A stretch of 64,000 nucleotides of DNA from Planctomycetota bacterium (GCA_020831805.1 JAFIFX010000011.1:4648-68647), one strand, 5' to 3'; shown: positions 14,960 through 26,088, numbered from the stretch's first letter. A program made the numbers and translations. Notes: generated from the letters alone by a model not told the origin.

Positions 14960-15613
14960 ATGAACACAACCCAAGCACGCCCCGCCCCCGCCCTCTCCGA
15001 CCTCGCCCACGCCCTTCTCAATGACTGGGACGACCCCGACCTGACCGAGCTGGACCTCTGCCGCCGCCACGCCCTGGCGCTCGACGAGCTCCACGCCCAC
15101 GCCGCCCGCCTCCCGTTCCAGCAGGCCCTGGCCCTCATCCGCGGCCTGCGCGAAGTCCGCCGCCCCTTCGTCCTCGCCCGCACCGAGGCCCACGCCGCCC
15201 GGACCCTGACCGCCCTGACCGAGCGCGACCCCGCCAGCGCCACTGCCGCCAAGGAGATCCGCCTGGCCGTCAAGGACCTGCTGCGCATTCTTGGAGCGGG
15301 GGGCTACCAGCCCCCCGATCGGGCGCAGCCCGATGCCCTCGCTCTTGGTGGGGCCGGCTTCCAGCCGGCCAATCGGCCGCAGGCCGACCCGCCTTCCTCC
15401 CCCGCGCCTGCGGGGGAGGTGGCACCGCGCAGCCGTGACGGAGGGGGTCTTGAGAGCACGGACGGATTGCGGCACGCCTCAGAACCCCCTCCGCCTCCGC
15501 TGCGCTCCGGCACCTCCCCCGGAAGCCCGGGGGAGGCGGCACCCGCACACACCCCCCGCAAACCCAAATACCCCCGCGGCACCAAGCCCCGCCCCAAACC
15601 CGTCAGCCGGTAG
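14960..15613 (+). CDS. Hypothetical protein; the C-terminal ~110 aa are encoded by a REP-like hairpin cluster
   Basis: ATG at 14960. The N-terminal ~110 aa are helical (LNDWDDPDLTELDLCRRHALALDELHAHAARL...). The frame stays open across repeat cluster 15291-15545. Confidence 0.45.
   Translation: MNTTQARPAPALSDLAHALLNDWDDPDLTELDLCRRHALALDELHAHAARLPFQQALALIRGLREVRRPFVLARTEAHAARTLTALTERDPASATAAKEIRLAVKDLLRILGAGGYQPPDRAQPDALALGGAGFQPANRPQADPPSSPAPAGEVAPRSRDGGGLESTDGLRHASEPPPPPLRSGTSPGSPGEAAPAHTPRKPKYPRGTKPRPKPVSR
15291..15545. repeat. Cluster of REP-like GC-rich hairpins lying inside ORF 14960..15613
   Basis: ggggggct-acc-agcccccc, atcgggc-gca-gcccgat, ggccggc-ttcca-gccggcc, cctccccc-gcgcctgc-gggggagg, ggagggggt...accccctcc and cctccccc-ggaagccc-gggggagg. 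Confidence 0.8.
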
Positions 15614-15622
15614 CATGGAGCG

Positions 15623-16447
15623 GTGCCGAAGAACACCCCAACCGACCACCCGCCCGCCCACTTCCACGGCATCCCGAAAGCCGGCCTGCGCTTCGGTGTG
15701 CGATGGCTCGCGATCATGCTCGCATCGGTCGTCGTCTGGATGGTCGGCGCGCTGATCCTGATCCGGGTGCTCCCGACCACCGTGCTGATCCGCGTCGTCT
15801 ATCTGCTCATCGGCTCGATCGTCGTTCTGTCCCTCGCGTGGCTCCCTCTGTTTACGGTTCGCTTCAACCGGCTCCGCAACCAGGTGGTGAACCACCCCGA
15901 CGCCTGCCTCAACTGCGCCTACGAAACCGTCGACCCCACCACGCACATCTGCCCCGAGTGCGCCCACCACTCCGACCGCGCGGCGCTCAACCGGTTCTGG
16001 CTCCGGTCGATCAAGGCCGACGCGTCACAAACCACGCCCGCCGCCGAGCACGAGCCCGCCGTCGTCGGCGGCATCCCCAAGATCGGCCAACGCTTCTTCT
16101 TCCGCTGGGTCAGCATCGTCTACATCTCGACCATGCTGGTGATCGCCCTGATCCCCGTCGCCTCCCTGGTCGGCCCGTTCCCAAGTCCGCTCTGGTTCCT
16201 GCCCGCCATCCCGATCGTCCTGATCACGCTCATCACCCTCATGGCCCTCCGCTACCGGGCCCTCCAGCGCCGGCTCCGGACCAACCCGGACGCCTGCCTC
16301 AACTGCGGCTACGAGACCGTCCATGCCCACACCCGCGTCTGCCCCGAGTGTGCCCATGTGTCCGACCGGGCCGAACTGAGCCGCAACTGGACAAGAGCCA
16401 TCAACCCCCTCAACCCCCCCAGCCCTCAGCCCCCAGCCCATATCTGA
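15623..16447 (+). CDS. Membrane protein with an internally duplicated TM + CxxC...CPEC zinc-ribbon module
   Basis: Two modules: GIPKAGLRFGVRW..ACLNCAYETVDPTTHICPECAHHSDRAALNRFW and GIPKIGQRFFFRW..ACLNCGYETVHAHTRVCPECAHVSDRAELSRNW. GTG start with TAGCAT 6 nt upstream. Confidence 0.65.
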   Translation: MPKNTPTDHPPAHFHGIPKAGLRFGVRWLAIMLASVVVWMVGALILIRVLPTTVLIRVVYLLIGSIVVLSLAWLPLFTVRFNRLRNQVVNHPDACLNCAYETVDPTTHICPECAHHSDRAALNRFWLRSIKADASQTTPAAEHEPAVVGGIPKIGQRFFFRWVSIVYISTMLVIALIPVASLVGPFPSPLWFLPAIPIVLITLITLMALRYRALQRRLRTNPDACLNCGYETVHAHTRVCPECAHVSDRAELSRNWTRAINPLNPPSPQPPAHI

Positions 16448-16699
16448 CCCCCCCGCAACCCTGACCCACCTCATCCCGCCAAGGCAATCTCCACGCGGGT
16501 CCCCACCGTCTGGCCCGACTTGATGACGATGAACCTTTGCCCGTGCGAGATGATCATGACCCGCCACAGTACCCCGCCCGTTGCCATGATCCGAGGTGAA
16601 ATCCACCCAAAGCAGGTGTCTACGGGCGTGGATAAGAAATCCTTACATACGGGATGAAACCCATTTCGTGCCACCCCAACGCACAACTGTCGCCGTAGT

Positions 16700-17758
16700 G
16701 TGAAGTCCCCCCCCCCACCCGCCGAAGTTCCGATGATGCCAACACGCAGCGACATACCGCCCACAGTACATCCCAGGAGATCCTGGCGATTCCTGCTGGC
16801 ACTGGGCACCGTGCTCGCGGTCGCCTCACTGCTGGCCGCCCGGTCCTGGCAACTGCTCCAGCCCGAGTCCACCGAGCTGCGCATCGCCGTCAACCCGTGG
16901 CCCGGCTACGAGTTCGCCTTTCTCGCCGAGGAACTCGGTTACTTCCGGGAAGAAGGCGTCCGCGTCCGCCTGCTCGAACTCAGTTCCCTGGCCGACGCCC
17001 GCCGCGCCTTCGAACGCGGCCAGGCCGACGGCTTCTTCGGCACCGTCGTGGAACTCGTCTATGCCCAGGAGTACAGCCTCCGCAAGCCGGTTCCGGTCAT
17101 GGCCGTCAATGTCTCGGAAGGAGCCGACCTTATCCTGGCCCGCCCGGACATCGGGTCCGTGGCTGATCTCCGGGGCCGGCGTGTGGGTGTCGAGAACGGC
17201 TCTCTGACCGTCTATGTCCTCGCCCGCGCCCTGGAACGCCACGGCCTGGAATGGTCCGACATCGAGGCCGTCCATGTGCCGACCATCCAGGCCGCAGCGC
17301 TTTTCGCGCTCGGCAAGATCGACGCCGCCGTGACCTACCCGCCCATGTCCCATGAGATCGAAAACACCGGGGAGAGCCGACGCGTGTTCACCTCCGCCGA
17401 GATCCCCGGCGAGGTGGTGGATCTGTTCGCGATGTGCCGAGTCGTCGAACGAGAACGGTCGCGGGATGTTCAGGCATTCTGCCGGGCCTTCTTCCGGGCC
17501 CAGCAGTTCGCGGCCGAGCATCCCGAAACCGCCTTCCGCATGATGGCCGCGCGTCAGAATGTTTCCGTTGAGGAGTTTTCGCAGTCCATGACGGACGGCA
17601 TCCGCATCCTCGGCCGGTCCGACCAGGCCGCGTACTTCGGTCACGCCGGCACCGCGAACGCCATCGTTGAACGCGTCCGTTCGATCATGGTCAGGGCCGA
17701 TGCACCACAACCCGGCGTGATGCTGGTCGTCGAGCCCATCCCGGAGCGGGCCGACTGA
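16700..17758 (+). CDS. Periplasmic substrate-binding protein, NMT1/THI5-like (nitrate/sulfonate/bicarbonate SBP family)
   Basis: Signal/anchor helix, then LRIAVNPWPGYEFAFLAEELGYFREEGVRVRLLE...GQADGFFGT, typical of this SBP fold. The stop lies 2 nt before the kinase start. Confidence 0.75.
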   Translation: MKSPPPPAEVPMMPTRSDIPPTVHPRRSWRFLLALGTVLAVASLLAARSWQLLQPESTELRIAVNPWPGYEFAFLAEELGYFREEGVRVRLLELSSLADARRAFERGQADGFFGTVVELVYAQEYSLRKPVPVMAVNVSEGADLILARPDIGSVADLRGRRVGVENGSLTVYVLARALERHGLEWSDIEAVHVPTIQAAALFALGKIDAAVTYPPMSHEIENTGESRRVFTSAEIPGEVVDLFAMCRVVERERSRDVQAFCRAFFRAQQFAAEHPETAFRMMAARQNVSVEEFSQSMTDGIRILGRSDQAAYFGHAGTANAIVERVRSIMVRADAPQPGVMLVVEPIPERAD

Positions 17759-17760
17759 CC

Positions 17761-20181
<2,421 letters not shown>

Positions 20182-20241
20182 GGGGCAGGAATCCGGGACT
20201 GCGGCTTGACCGCCCCCCCCGGAACGACCGATATCCAGAGC

Positions 20242-21756
20242 ATGGATCTTCCTGCACTGCCCCCACGCACCATCCTCATCGGCACCCCCCAGACCTGCCG
20301 CGCCCTCGCCGCCGCTTTGGCCACCCTGCCCAGCCCACCGCCCATCGACGGCATGGTCACCCTCGACGGCGCCCCATCTCCTTCTCCAGTGGCCAGTGGC
20401 CAGTCCCAAGTCCCTCTCCTCGGAAGCGTCCACACCGTCGGCCTGATCTGCCGCCAGCGCGGCATCAAGCGGGCCATCATCACCCTGCCCGCCCGCCACC
20501 GCGCCTGGCACGCCGAGATCAGCCGCCAGCTCCGCGCCGAGGGCGTCGCCGAACGCGTCGTCCGCCCGCTCGACGAGCAACTGGAAGAAACCCCGACCGT
20601 CGCCGCCGGCTCGATCACCAGCTACAACGGCATCGACCTGGCCGAACTCGTCGGGCGCACGCCCCACGACATCGACGAGCACCTCGTCGGCTCGGTCATC
20701 CGTGGCCGGACCGTCCTGGTCACCGGCGCGGGCGGCTCGATCGGCTCCGAACTCGTCCGACGCATCGCCCGCTTCGCGCCCGAACGCGTCGTGCTGATGG
20801 AGCGATCCGAGAACGCCCTGTTCGAGATCGACCGCCAGCTCGCCGAGACCTGCCCCGGCGTCGCCCGCACCGCCCTGCTCCACGATGTCGTCGACGCCGA
20901 ACGCACCCTGGCCCACCTGGAACGCTGGAAGCCCCATGTCGTCTTCCACGCCGCCGCCCACAAGCATGTGCCGCTGATGGAGGACCACCCGGCCCACGCC
21001 GTGACGAACAACCTGTTCGGCACCAAGTCCATCGCCGACGCCGCGGTATCCTGCGGCGCCGAGCGGTTCGTGCTGATCTCGACCGACAAGGCGGTCAACC
21101 CCGCCTCGGTCATGGGCGCGACCAAGCGTCTGGCCGAGTGGTATGTGCAAAGCCTGGCCCAGCGCGTCCGCACCCGGATGAGCATGGTCCGCTTCGGCAA
21201 TGTCCTCGGCTCGAACGGCTCGGTCCTGACCATCTGGGCCGAGCAGGTCGCCCGGGGCGGGCCGATCACCGTCACCGACGAACGCATGACCCGCTACTTC
21301 ATGACCATCCCCGAGGCCGCCACGCTGGTGCTCCAGGCCGGCGCGATGGCCGGGTTCCACGGTCGCTGCGGCGAGGTCTTCGTCCTCGACATGGGCGAGC
21401 CGATCCCGATCCTGACCCTGGCCAAACGCTTTGTCCGCGCCTGCGGCCTGGAGCCGGCCGTGGCCGGCGCGCCCACCGAGGCCGGGCCCGGACGCATCCC
21501 CATCGTCCTCAGCGGCGCCCGCCCCGGCGAGAAACTGCACGAGCAGCTCTCCTACGACGCCGAGGAACTCTGCACCACCGCCCACCCGGGCATCTGGCGT
21601 CTGGACTCCGAGGCCGCCCCGGCCGCCGACGCGGTCGAGGCGTTGGTGTCCGACCTCGACGCCGCCCGGCACGAACGCTCCCGCCGCGCTGTGCTCGACG
21701 CCATGGCCCGGCACATGCCGACCCTGCGCCCCCCGATCGCCCCGGTCGCGGCGTGA
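20242..21756 (+). CDS. Polysaccharide biosynthesis protein, CapD/WbpM/PglF-like NDP-sugar 4,6-dehydratase/epimerase
   Basis: SDR core VLVTGAGGSIGSEL, HAAAHKHVPLME (YxxxK-type region), STDKAVNP and the N-terminal Rossmann-like ILIGTP... ATG at 20242 was chosen; the ORF opens at TTG 20206. Confidence 0.85.
   Translation: MDLPALPPRTILIGTPQTCRALAAALATLPSPPPIDGMVTLDGAPSPSPVASGQSQVPLLGSVHTVGLICRQRGIKRAIITLPARHRAWHAEISRQLRAEGVAERVVRPLDEQLEETPTVAAGSITSYNGIDLAELVGRTPHDIDEHLVGSVIRGRTVLVTGAGGSIGSELVRRIARFAPERVVLMERSENALFEIDRQLAETCPGVARTALLHDVVDAERTLAHLERWKPHVVFHAAAHKHVPLMEDHPAHAVTNNLFGTKSIADAAVSCGAERFVLISTDKAVNPASVMGATKRLAEWYVQSLAQRVRTRMSMVRFGNVLGSNGSVLTIWAEQVARGGPITVTDERMTRYFMTIPEAATLVLQAGAMAGFHGRCGEVFVLDMGEPIPILTLAKRFVRACGLEPAVAGAPTEAGPGRIPIVLSGARPGEKLHEQLSYDAEELCTTAHPGIWRLDSEAAPAADAVEALVSDLDAARHERSRRAVLDAMARHMPTLRPPIAPVAA
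20387..20421 (+). repeat. Third copy of the heptamer-periodic element seen upstream of ruvA/manC, here inside a CDS
   Basis: CAGTGGC CAGTGGC CAGTCCC AAGTCCC TCTCCTC compared with TTGTGGC GAGTGGC CAGTCCC CAGTCCC TATCCTC at 12931-12965. Confidence 0.6.
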
Positions 21757-21763
21757 GCGGGTT

Positions 21764-23080
21764 TCAGGGATCATCGGACCGGATGACCCGCTCGGCGACG
21801 AACTCACGGACCGTGATGGGTTCGGGGGTGATGGTGTAGGAGCCGTCGTCGTGCCAGGTGATGGACGGGAGTCGGGCGGCGTCATGCAGCACGACGATGA
21901 CCTTGGCCCGGACGCGGGTTTGCGGCTCGGTCAGGTGGACAGTCGCGGATGGATAGGGCAGGGGCGTGCCGGTCGGCGGATTGCGTTGCTGGCGTATCCG
22001 GTCGCGGATCGTCCAGTTGTTGGCGATGTCAAGGATTTGACGGCGTTGACCGCTGCGCTCGAGAGCCTTGCCGTGGCCGTCGATCTCGAAGCCGGCGAAG
22101 AAGTACAAACGATCGACGGCCGAGGTGCGGCGGCGATCGGCCCGCGCCTGGACGCTGATCTCGGTCAGCGGCTCCGAAGCGGGGCGGTGGATGATGTCAA
22201 GGCCGAGATCCGAGAACGCGAACCGCTCGACGATGTCGTTCGGCAAGCGCTCGGTGAGGATCTGTTCGGCAACCCAATCCATCTGGCGCCTCGGCGGGAT
22301 GCCCCGGCCGCTTTCCCAGGCGTCGATGATGCGGGCGGCCAGGTTGGTTCGCTCCGCGTCGGAGAGGCGGTCGGTGTCCAGCGCCTCCATGGCATGAGCC
22401 TCGGTCGGGGCGTTGTGGAGCAGCATCGCCCGGGGCAGCGGCACACGGAACCCCGAGGGAGTGACGAACTGTGCGCCGGACACCAGCAACGCCAGCAGAA
22501 TCATCAAGACGCCCAGACCCGTGGCGCGCCGGTGGCGGACGCGCGGGGTGGCCGTCGCGGCGGAGGCGGTCGGCAGGGGGTGGGCGCACTCGGGGCACAT
22601 CATTGGGAAGGAGAGGTCCTCGACGGGGTAGGCGCAGCGCGGGCAGCTCAGCGGGCGCGGCTCGCGCCCGGTCTCGGCCTCGTAGATGACCATCACGCCC
22701 GCGGCGATCAGCGGCAGACCGACCATGGCGAACACCACCATGCCGGGCATAACAGGGTTGGCCACGATGATCATGACCGGCATGGTGCCGATGAGCGTGT
22801 GGAGCGTTGAACTCTGGAGGTTCATCGGGTAGGGGAACACGTGCAGGCCGTCGCGGCGGTGCGGGAGTAGGCGACGCTGGATGATCGTGAGACAGAGAAG
22901 GGATGGGACCCAGATCGCCAGCGCGTAGAAGGGTTTCCACATGGAATAGGCCGCGGAGAGATAGAGGCCCCACATGAGGGCGTAGAGCACAACGAAGAAC
23001 GCGGCCTGGATGCGGATCAGGCGGCGCATGGCCTGGATCTGATCGGGATCGGTGATCGGGATGGGTTCCGAATGGGGCAT
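21764..23080 (-). CDS. Zinc-ribbon multi-pass membrane protein, tandem paralog 1
   Basis: MPHSEPIPITDP.. start (ORF opens at TTG 23086). About 4 TM helices, SCPRCAYPVEDLSFPMMCPECAHPL, one more TM, and a ~250-aa C-terminal domain ending ITWHDDGSYTITPEP. Confidence 0.7.
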   Translation of the reverse strand: MPHSEPIPITDPDQIQAMRRLIRIQAAFFVVLYALMWGLYLSAAYSMWKPFYALAIWVPSLLCLTIIQRRLLPHRRDGLHVFPYPMNLQSSTLHTLIGTMPVMIIVANPVMPGMVVFAMVGLPLIAAGVMVIYEAETGREPRPLSCPRCAYPVEDLSFPMMCPECAHPLPTASAATATPRVRHRRATGLGVLMILLALLVSGAQFVTPSGFRVPLPRAMLLHNAPTEAHAMEALDTDRLSDAERTNLAARIIDAWESGRGIPPRRQMDWVAEQILTERLPNDIVERFAFSDLGLDIIHRPASEPLTEISVQARADRRRTSAVDRLYFFAGFEIDGHGKALERSGQRRQILDIANNWTIRDRIRQQRNPPTGTPLPYPSATVHLTEPQTRVRAKVIVVLHDAARLPSITWHDDGSYTITPEPITVREFVAERVIRSDDP

Positions 23081-23238
23081 GATCAATCAACTATCGCATA
23101 TCATCGCAACGACAGACGCTTGGAGCGATCTGGGACTTGGGGCGAGGGTATTCGGTTCTTGCTGCTCGTGCGAGCGAAAAGCGACAAGGTCGCGCAAACG
23201 GCGCACGATCGTGGTCATCGCGTGCCGGGCTCGCGGGT

Positions 23239-24555
23239 TTATGGAGACGGGTGGATCGTGGTTTCGGCGCTGAGTTCGTGGGTGGTCAGTGGTTCGGGGG
23301 TGATGGTGTAGGTGCCGTCGTCGTGCCAGGTGATGGTGGGCGCGGCGGTCCAAGGATGGGGGATCACGAAGACGATGATGCGGGCGCGGACGCGGGTTGG
23401 GCGGTCGATGGCCAGGGTGTGGGTGGGGTATGGGAGCGGGGTAAGGTTGCTTTCGCGGTAGCGCTGGGCGTTGCGGTCGCGTTGTTCGAGGGTGGTGTCG
23501 AACCCGTACAGCGGGTAGTCGCGGGTAGCGCGGGCAACCGGTCCGTTGGCGTCGAACTCGAAGCCGGCGAAGAAGTAGCGGACATCGATATCAGGGCTGT
23601 AGAACGGCGGGGCGCCGGCGATGCTGACGCGGAACGGTTCGCCGGCGGGAACCGGGGTGTCGTGGATGATGCGCAGGTCGAAGCCGTCGAAGGCGTAGCG
23701 GTCGGTGAAGGTTGAATCGAGGTTGCCCGCGGCGATCTCGTGGGCGAACCAGTCGACTTGATCGTTGATCTCGATGGGTTGCTTGCGGCGGGCGCGTTCG
23801 CGGAGGATGCGGTCGGCCAGGCGGGCGCGCTGGGTGGGGTTGAGGGCGTCGGTGTCGAGGGTGCGCAGGGCTTCGGATTCGATCGACGCGAGCAGGCGGT
23901 GGGCCGGGCCGGGCAGGGCGCGGTAGAACGCGTCGGGCGCGTTGCGGATCAGGAAGATGAAGAGCAGGCCGGCCGCGATGGAGCCGGCGCCGGACCAGAG
24001 CACGCGTGGGCGGGTGGTTCGGGCGGCGCTCTGGCGGTCGGCGTCGGCAGGTTCGAGGGGGTGGGCGCACTCGGGGCACGGGGTCGGGAGGCTGAGCCCC
24101 GCGAGCGGGTAGTCGCAGTTCGGGCACGCGGGCTCGATGGCCCGGCGGCCGAACAGGCCGTACGCGATGGCGACGATCCCGGCGGCGATCAGCGGGACGC
24201 CGATCAACGCGGTGTACGCGGTGGTGGGCATGAACGGGTCGGCCGGGATCGCGATGAACGGCATGAGCGTCATGAGTCCGACGCCCATGAAGAAGATGAG
24301 CGGAAAGGGGTCGGGGAGAAGCGGGGATTCGTCTTTCGGAAGTCGGAGTGAACGGGTGTGCAGGCTGTGGAAGACATAGAAGCCGATCAGGAACGGCAGC
24401 GGCGCGTAGATGCGGATCGCGAACACGGTTGTGTGTAGATAGCACGCCCAGACGGCGATGTAGGCGAGCACGACGCAGGCGATCATGGCGACGGCCGCAC
24501 GGCGGGCGCGGGCGAGGTGGCGGGGGTCGGTGATGACGGCGTATCGGTGGGGCAT
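23239..24555 (-). CDS. Zinc-ribbon multi-pass membrane protein, tandem paralog 2
   Basis: MPHRYAVITDP.. start. About 4 TM helices, ACPNCDYPLAGLSLPTPCPECAHPL, one TM, and a C-terminal domain ending ITWHDDGTYTITPEPLTTHE. Confidence 0.7.
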   Translation of the reverse strand: MPHRYAVITDPRHLARARRAAVAMIACVVLAYIAVWACYLHTTVFAIRIYAPLPFLIGFYVFHSLHTRSLRLPKDESPLLPDPFPLIFFMGVGLMTLMPFIAIPADPFMPTTAYTALIGVPLIAAGIVAIAYGLFGRRAIEPACPNCDYPLAGLSLPTPCPECAHPLEPADADRQSAARTTRPRVLWSGAGSIAAGLLFIFLIRNAPDAFYRALPGPAHRLLASIESEALRTLDTDALNPTQRARLADRILRERARRKQPIEINDQVDWFAHEIAAGNLDSTFTDRYAFDGFDLRIIHDTPVPAGEPFRVSIAGAPPFYSPDIDVRYFFAGFEFDANGPVARATRDYPLYGFDTTLEQRDRNAQRYRESNLTPLPYPTHTLAIDRPTRVRARIIVFVIPHPWTAAPTITWHDDGTYTITPEPLTTHELSAETTIHPSP

Positions 24556-24562
24556 GGGGGGA

Positions 24563-24586
24563 AGAGACGGAGAGACGGAGAGACGG
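24563..24586. repeat. 3 x 8-nt tandem repeat (agagacgg) immediately upstream of the paralog 2 start
   Basis: On the coding strand it reads CTCCGTCT CTCCGTCT CTCCGTCT CTTCCCCCC ATG. Confidence 0.7.
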
Positions 24587-24690
24587 AGTGGTGCAAGGGA
24601 GGGCGTTGGCGGGACGGTGCTTTGGGCGTTGGTTCGGCCCGCTCACTGGCGTTCGGGGCTTCTCTTTGGCTTGCTTCCTGGGCTTGCGCG

Positions 24691-25977
24691 TCAGGGGGCG
24701 ATGTGGATGGTGGTCTCGATGGTGCGTTCGTGGGTGGTCAGTGGTTCTGGGGTGATGGTGTAGGTTCCGTCGTCGTGCCGGGTGATGGTGGGGATGGCGC
24801 CGCGGGGGGTGGTGACGGCGATGAGGTCGATGCGGATGTGCAGGGGGCTGGGGGTGTCGGGGGTCAGGGAGGTGAATGGGGCGGAGGTGCTGTCCTTTGC
24901 GAGCGTGTGGTGGAGCGACATGGCGAAATGGGCTTTGTGCGGGTCGGCGCCGGTGGGCGGGGCGTTGTTGATCGAGAAGCCGCGGGTGAAGTAGTAAAAA
25001 GATGGATTCATGTGGTGGTGCGCGGGTGGCTGGCCGGTCAGGGTGATGGCCATGGTGGCGCCGACGCGGCGGATGGGGTCGGCGTGGATTTCGATGCGGT
25101 TGCCCTCCGTGGCGAAGCGTTCGGCCTGCTCGGGGGTGAGGTGGCCGTCGACGAAGCGCTGGCCGAGCCAGGCGAGCTGGTCCTGGATGGCGAACTCGCT
25201 GGTGGTCGTGCGGGCGTCGAGGATGCGGTCGGTCAGGCGGGCGGTCTGGTCTGGGGTTAGGCTGGCGAGGTTGATGGTGTTGAAGGCGGGGGTGGTCGGG
25301 GCCATGGCGAGGCGGGCATTGATGGGCAGGGTCTGGTAGATGCTGGACGGGGCCGCGACGGCGGTGACCAGCAGGGCGACGACCGAGAGCAGGATGGCGG
25401 CGCCCGCGGCGAGACGCTGGGGACGGCGTTCGGCGGCGGTGTGCTCGCAGTCGTCGGGGGAGGCGAGGCGGTGGGCGCACTCGGGGCAGTTGGTGGGGAA
25501 GTTCAGGCCCTCGGCGGGGTAGTCGCAGGCGGGGCAGCAGGGCGGGCCGGGGACGCGGACGCGCGAGCCGGTGTGGATGAGGGTGAAGCCGAGGACGACG
25601 AAGGGCGGGACGGCGATGACATACCCGACGGGGTCGCCGGCGAAGGGTTCGTTGAAGGCGACGAAGAACAGGACACCGATGTTGACCCAGACGGCGTTCA
25701 GGCTGAGGCTGTAGCGGGTGAGCATGCGGTGGGGCAGGCAGGGGCTGGTGCGCGGGGAGCAGCCGAGCGTTTCGCGGTGCTCGTAGAAGATGAGTGCGTA
25801 GCCGGCGGACATCGCGGCCGCGGCGATGGCGAGGCCAAGGGCGTAGGGCGCGGTGGTGATGGCGCCGATGATCGCGAGGGCATAGAGCGCGACGCCGGCG
25901 GCGAGGAAGCGGCGGGCGGCCCGCTCGGCGAGGGGGAAGCGGTCTTCGGGGATGCGGGTCCAGTGGTGGTTGAACAT
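24691..25977 (-). CDS. Zinc-ribbon multi-pass membrane protein, tandem paralog 3
   Basis: About 4 TM helices, CCPACDYPAEGLNFPTNCPECAHRL, one TM, and a C-terminal domain ending ITRHDDGTYTITPEPLTTHE. Confidence 0.7.
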   Translation of the reverse strand: MFNHHWTRIPEDRFPLAERAARRFLAAGVALYALAIIGAITTAPYALGLAIAAAAMSAGYALIFYEHRETLGCSPRTSPCLPHRMLTRYSLSLNAVWVNIGVLFFVAFNEPFAGDPVGYVIAVPPFVVLGFTLIHTGSRVRVPGPPCCPACDYPAEGLNFPTNCPECAHRLASPDDCEHTAAERRPQRLAAGAAILLSVVALLVTAVAAPSSIYQTLPINARLAMAPTTPAFNTINLASLTPDQTARLTDRILDARTTTSEFAIQDQLAWLGQRFVDGHLTPEQAERFATEGNRIEIHADPIRRVGATMAITLTGQPPAHHHMNPSFYYFTRGFSINNAPPTGADPHKAHFAMSLHHTLAKDSTSAPFTSLTPDTPSPLHIRIDLIAVTTPRGAIPTITRHDDGTYTITPEPLTTHERTIETTIHIAP

Positions 25978-26034
25978 GGGTGGTCCGATGCGGGGTTGGG
26001 GCGATAGTACCAGATCTGGGGCGTTGGCGGAATG

Positions 26035-26061
26035 AAAAAACGGCCCGCGTTGGGCGGGCCG
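26035..26061 (-). terminator. Rho-independent terminator downstream of rpsA
   Basis: On the minus strand: CGGCCCGC-CCAAC-GCGGGCCG followed by TTTTTTCATT. Confidence 0.75.
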
Positions 26062-26088
26062 GGGGGTGGGGGTGGGTTGGTTGTCGTT

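Noticed and set aside
16471-16587. Short minus-strand ORF (…MIISHGQRFIVIKSGQTVGTRVEIALAG) as a CsrA-like protein.
   Set aside because: The similarity to CsrA is superficial, the ORF is too short, it lacks the GxxVxxGxxAP core, and nothing else supports it.
16560-16699. Possible TPP riboswitch upstream of the NMT1/THI5-like binding protein.
   Set aside because: I could not find the conserved THI-box elements (CUGAGA, ACCUGA...) in the leader.
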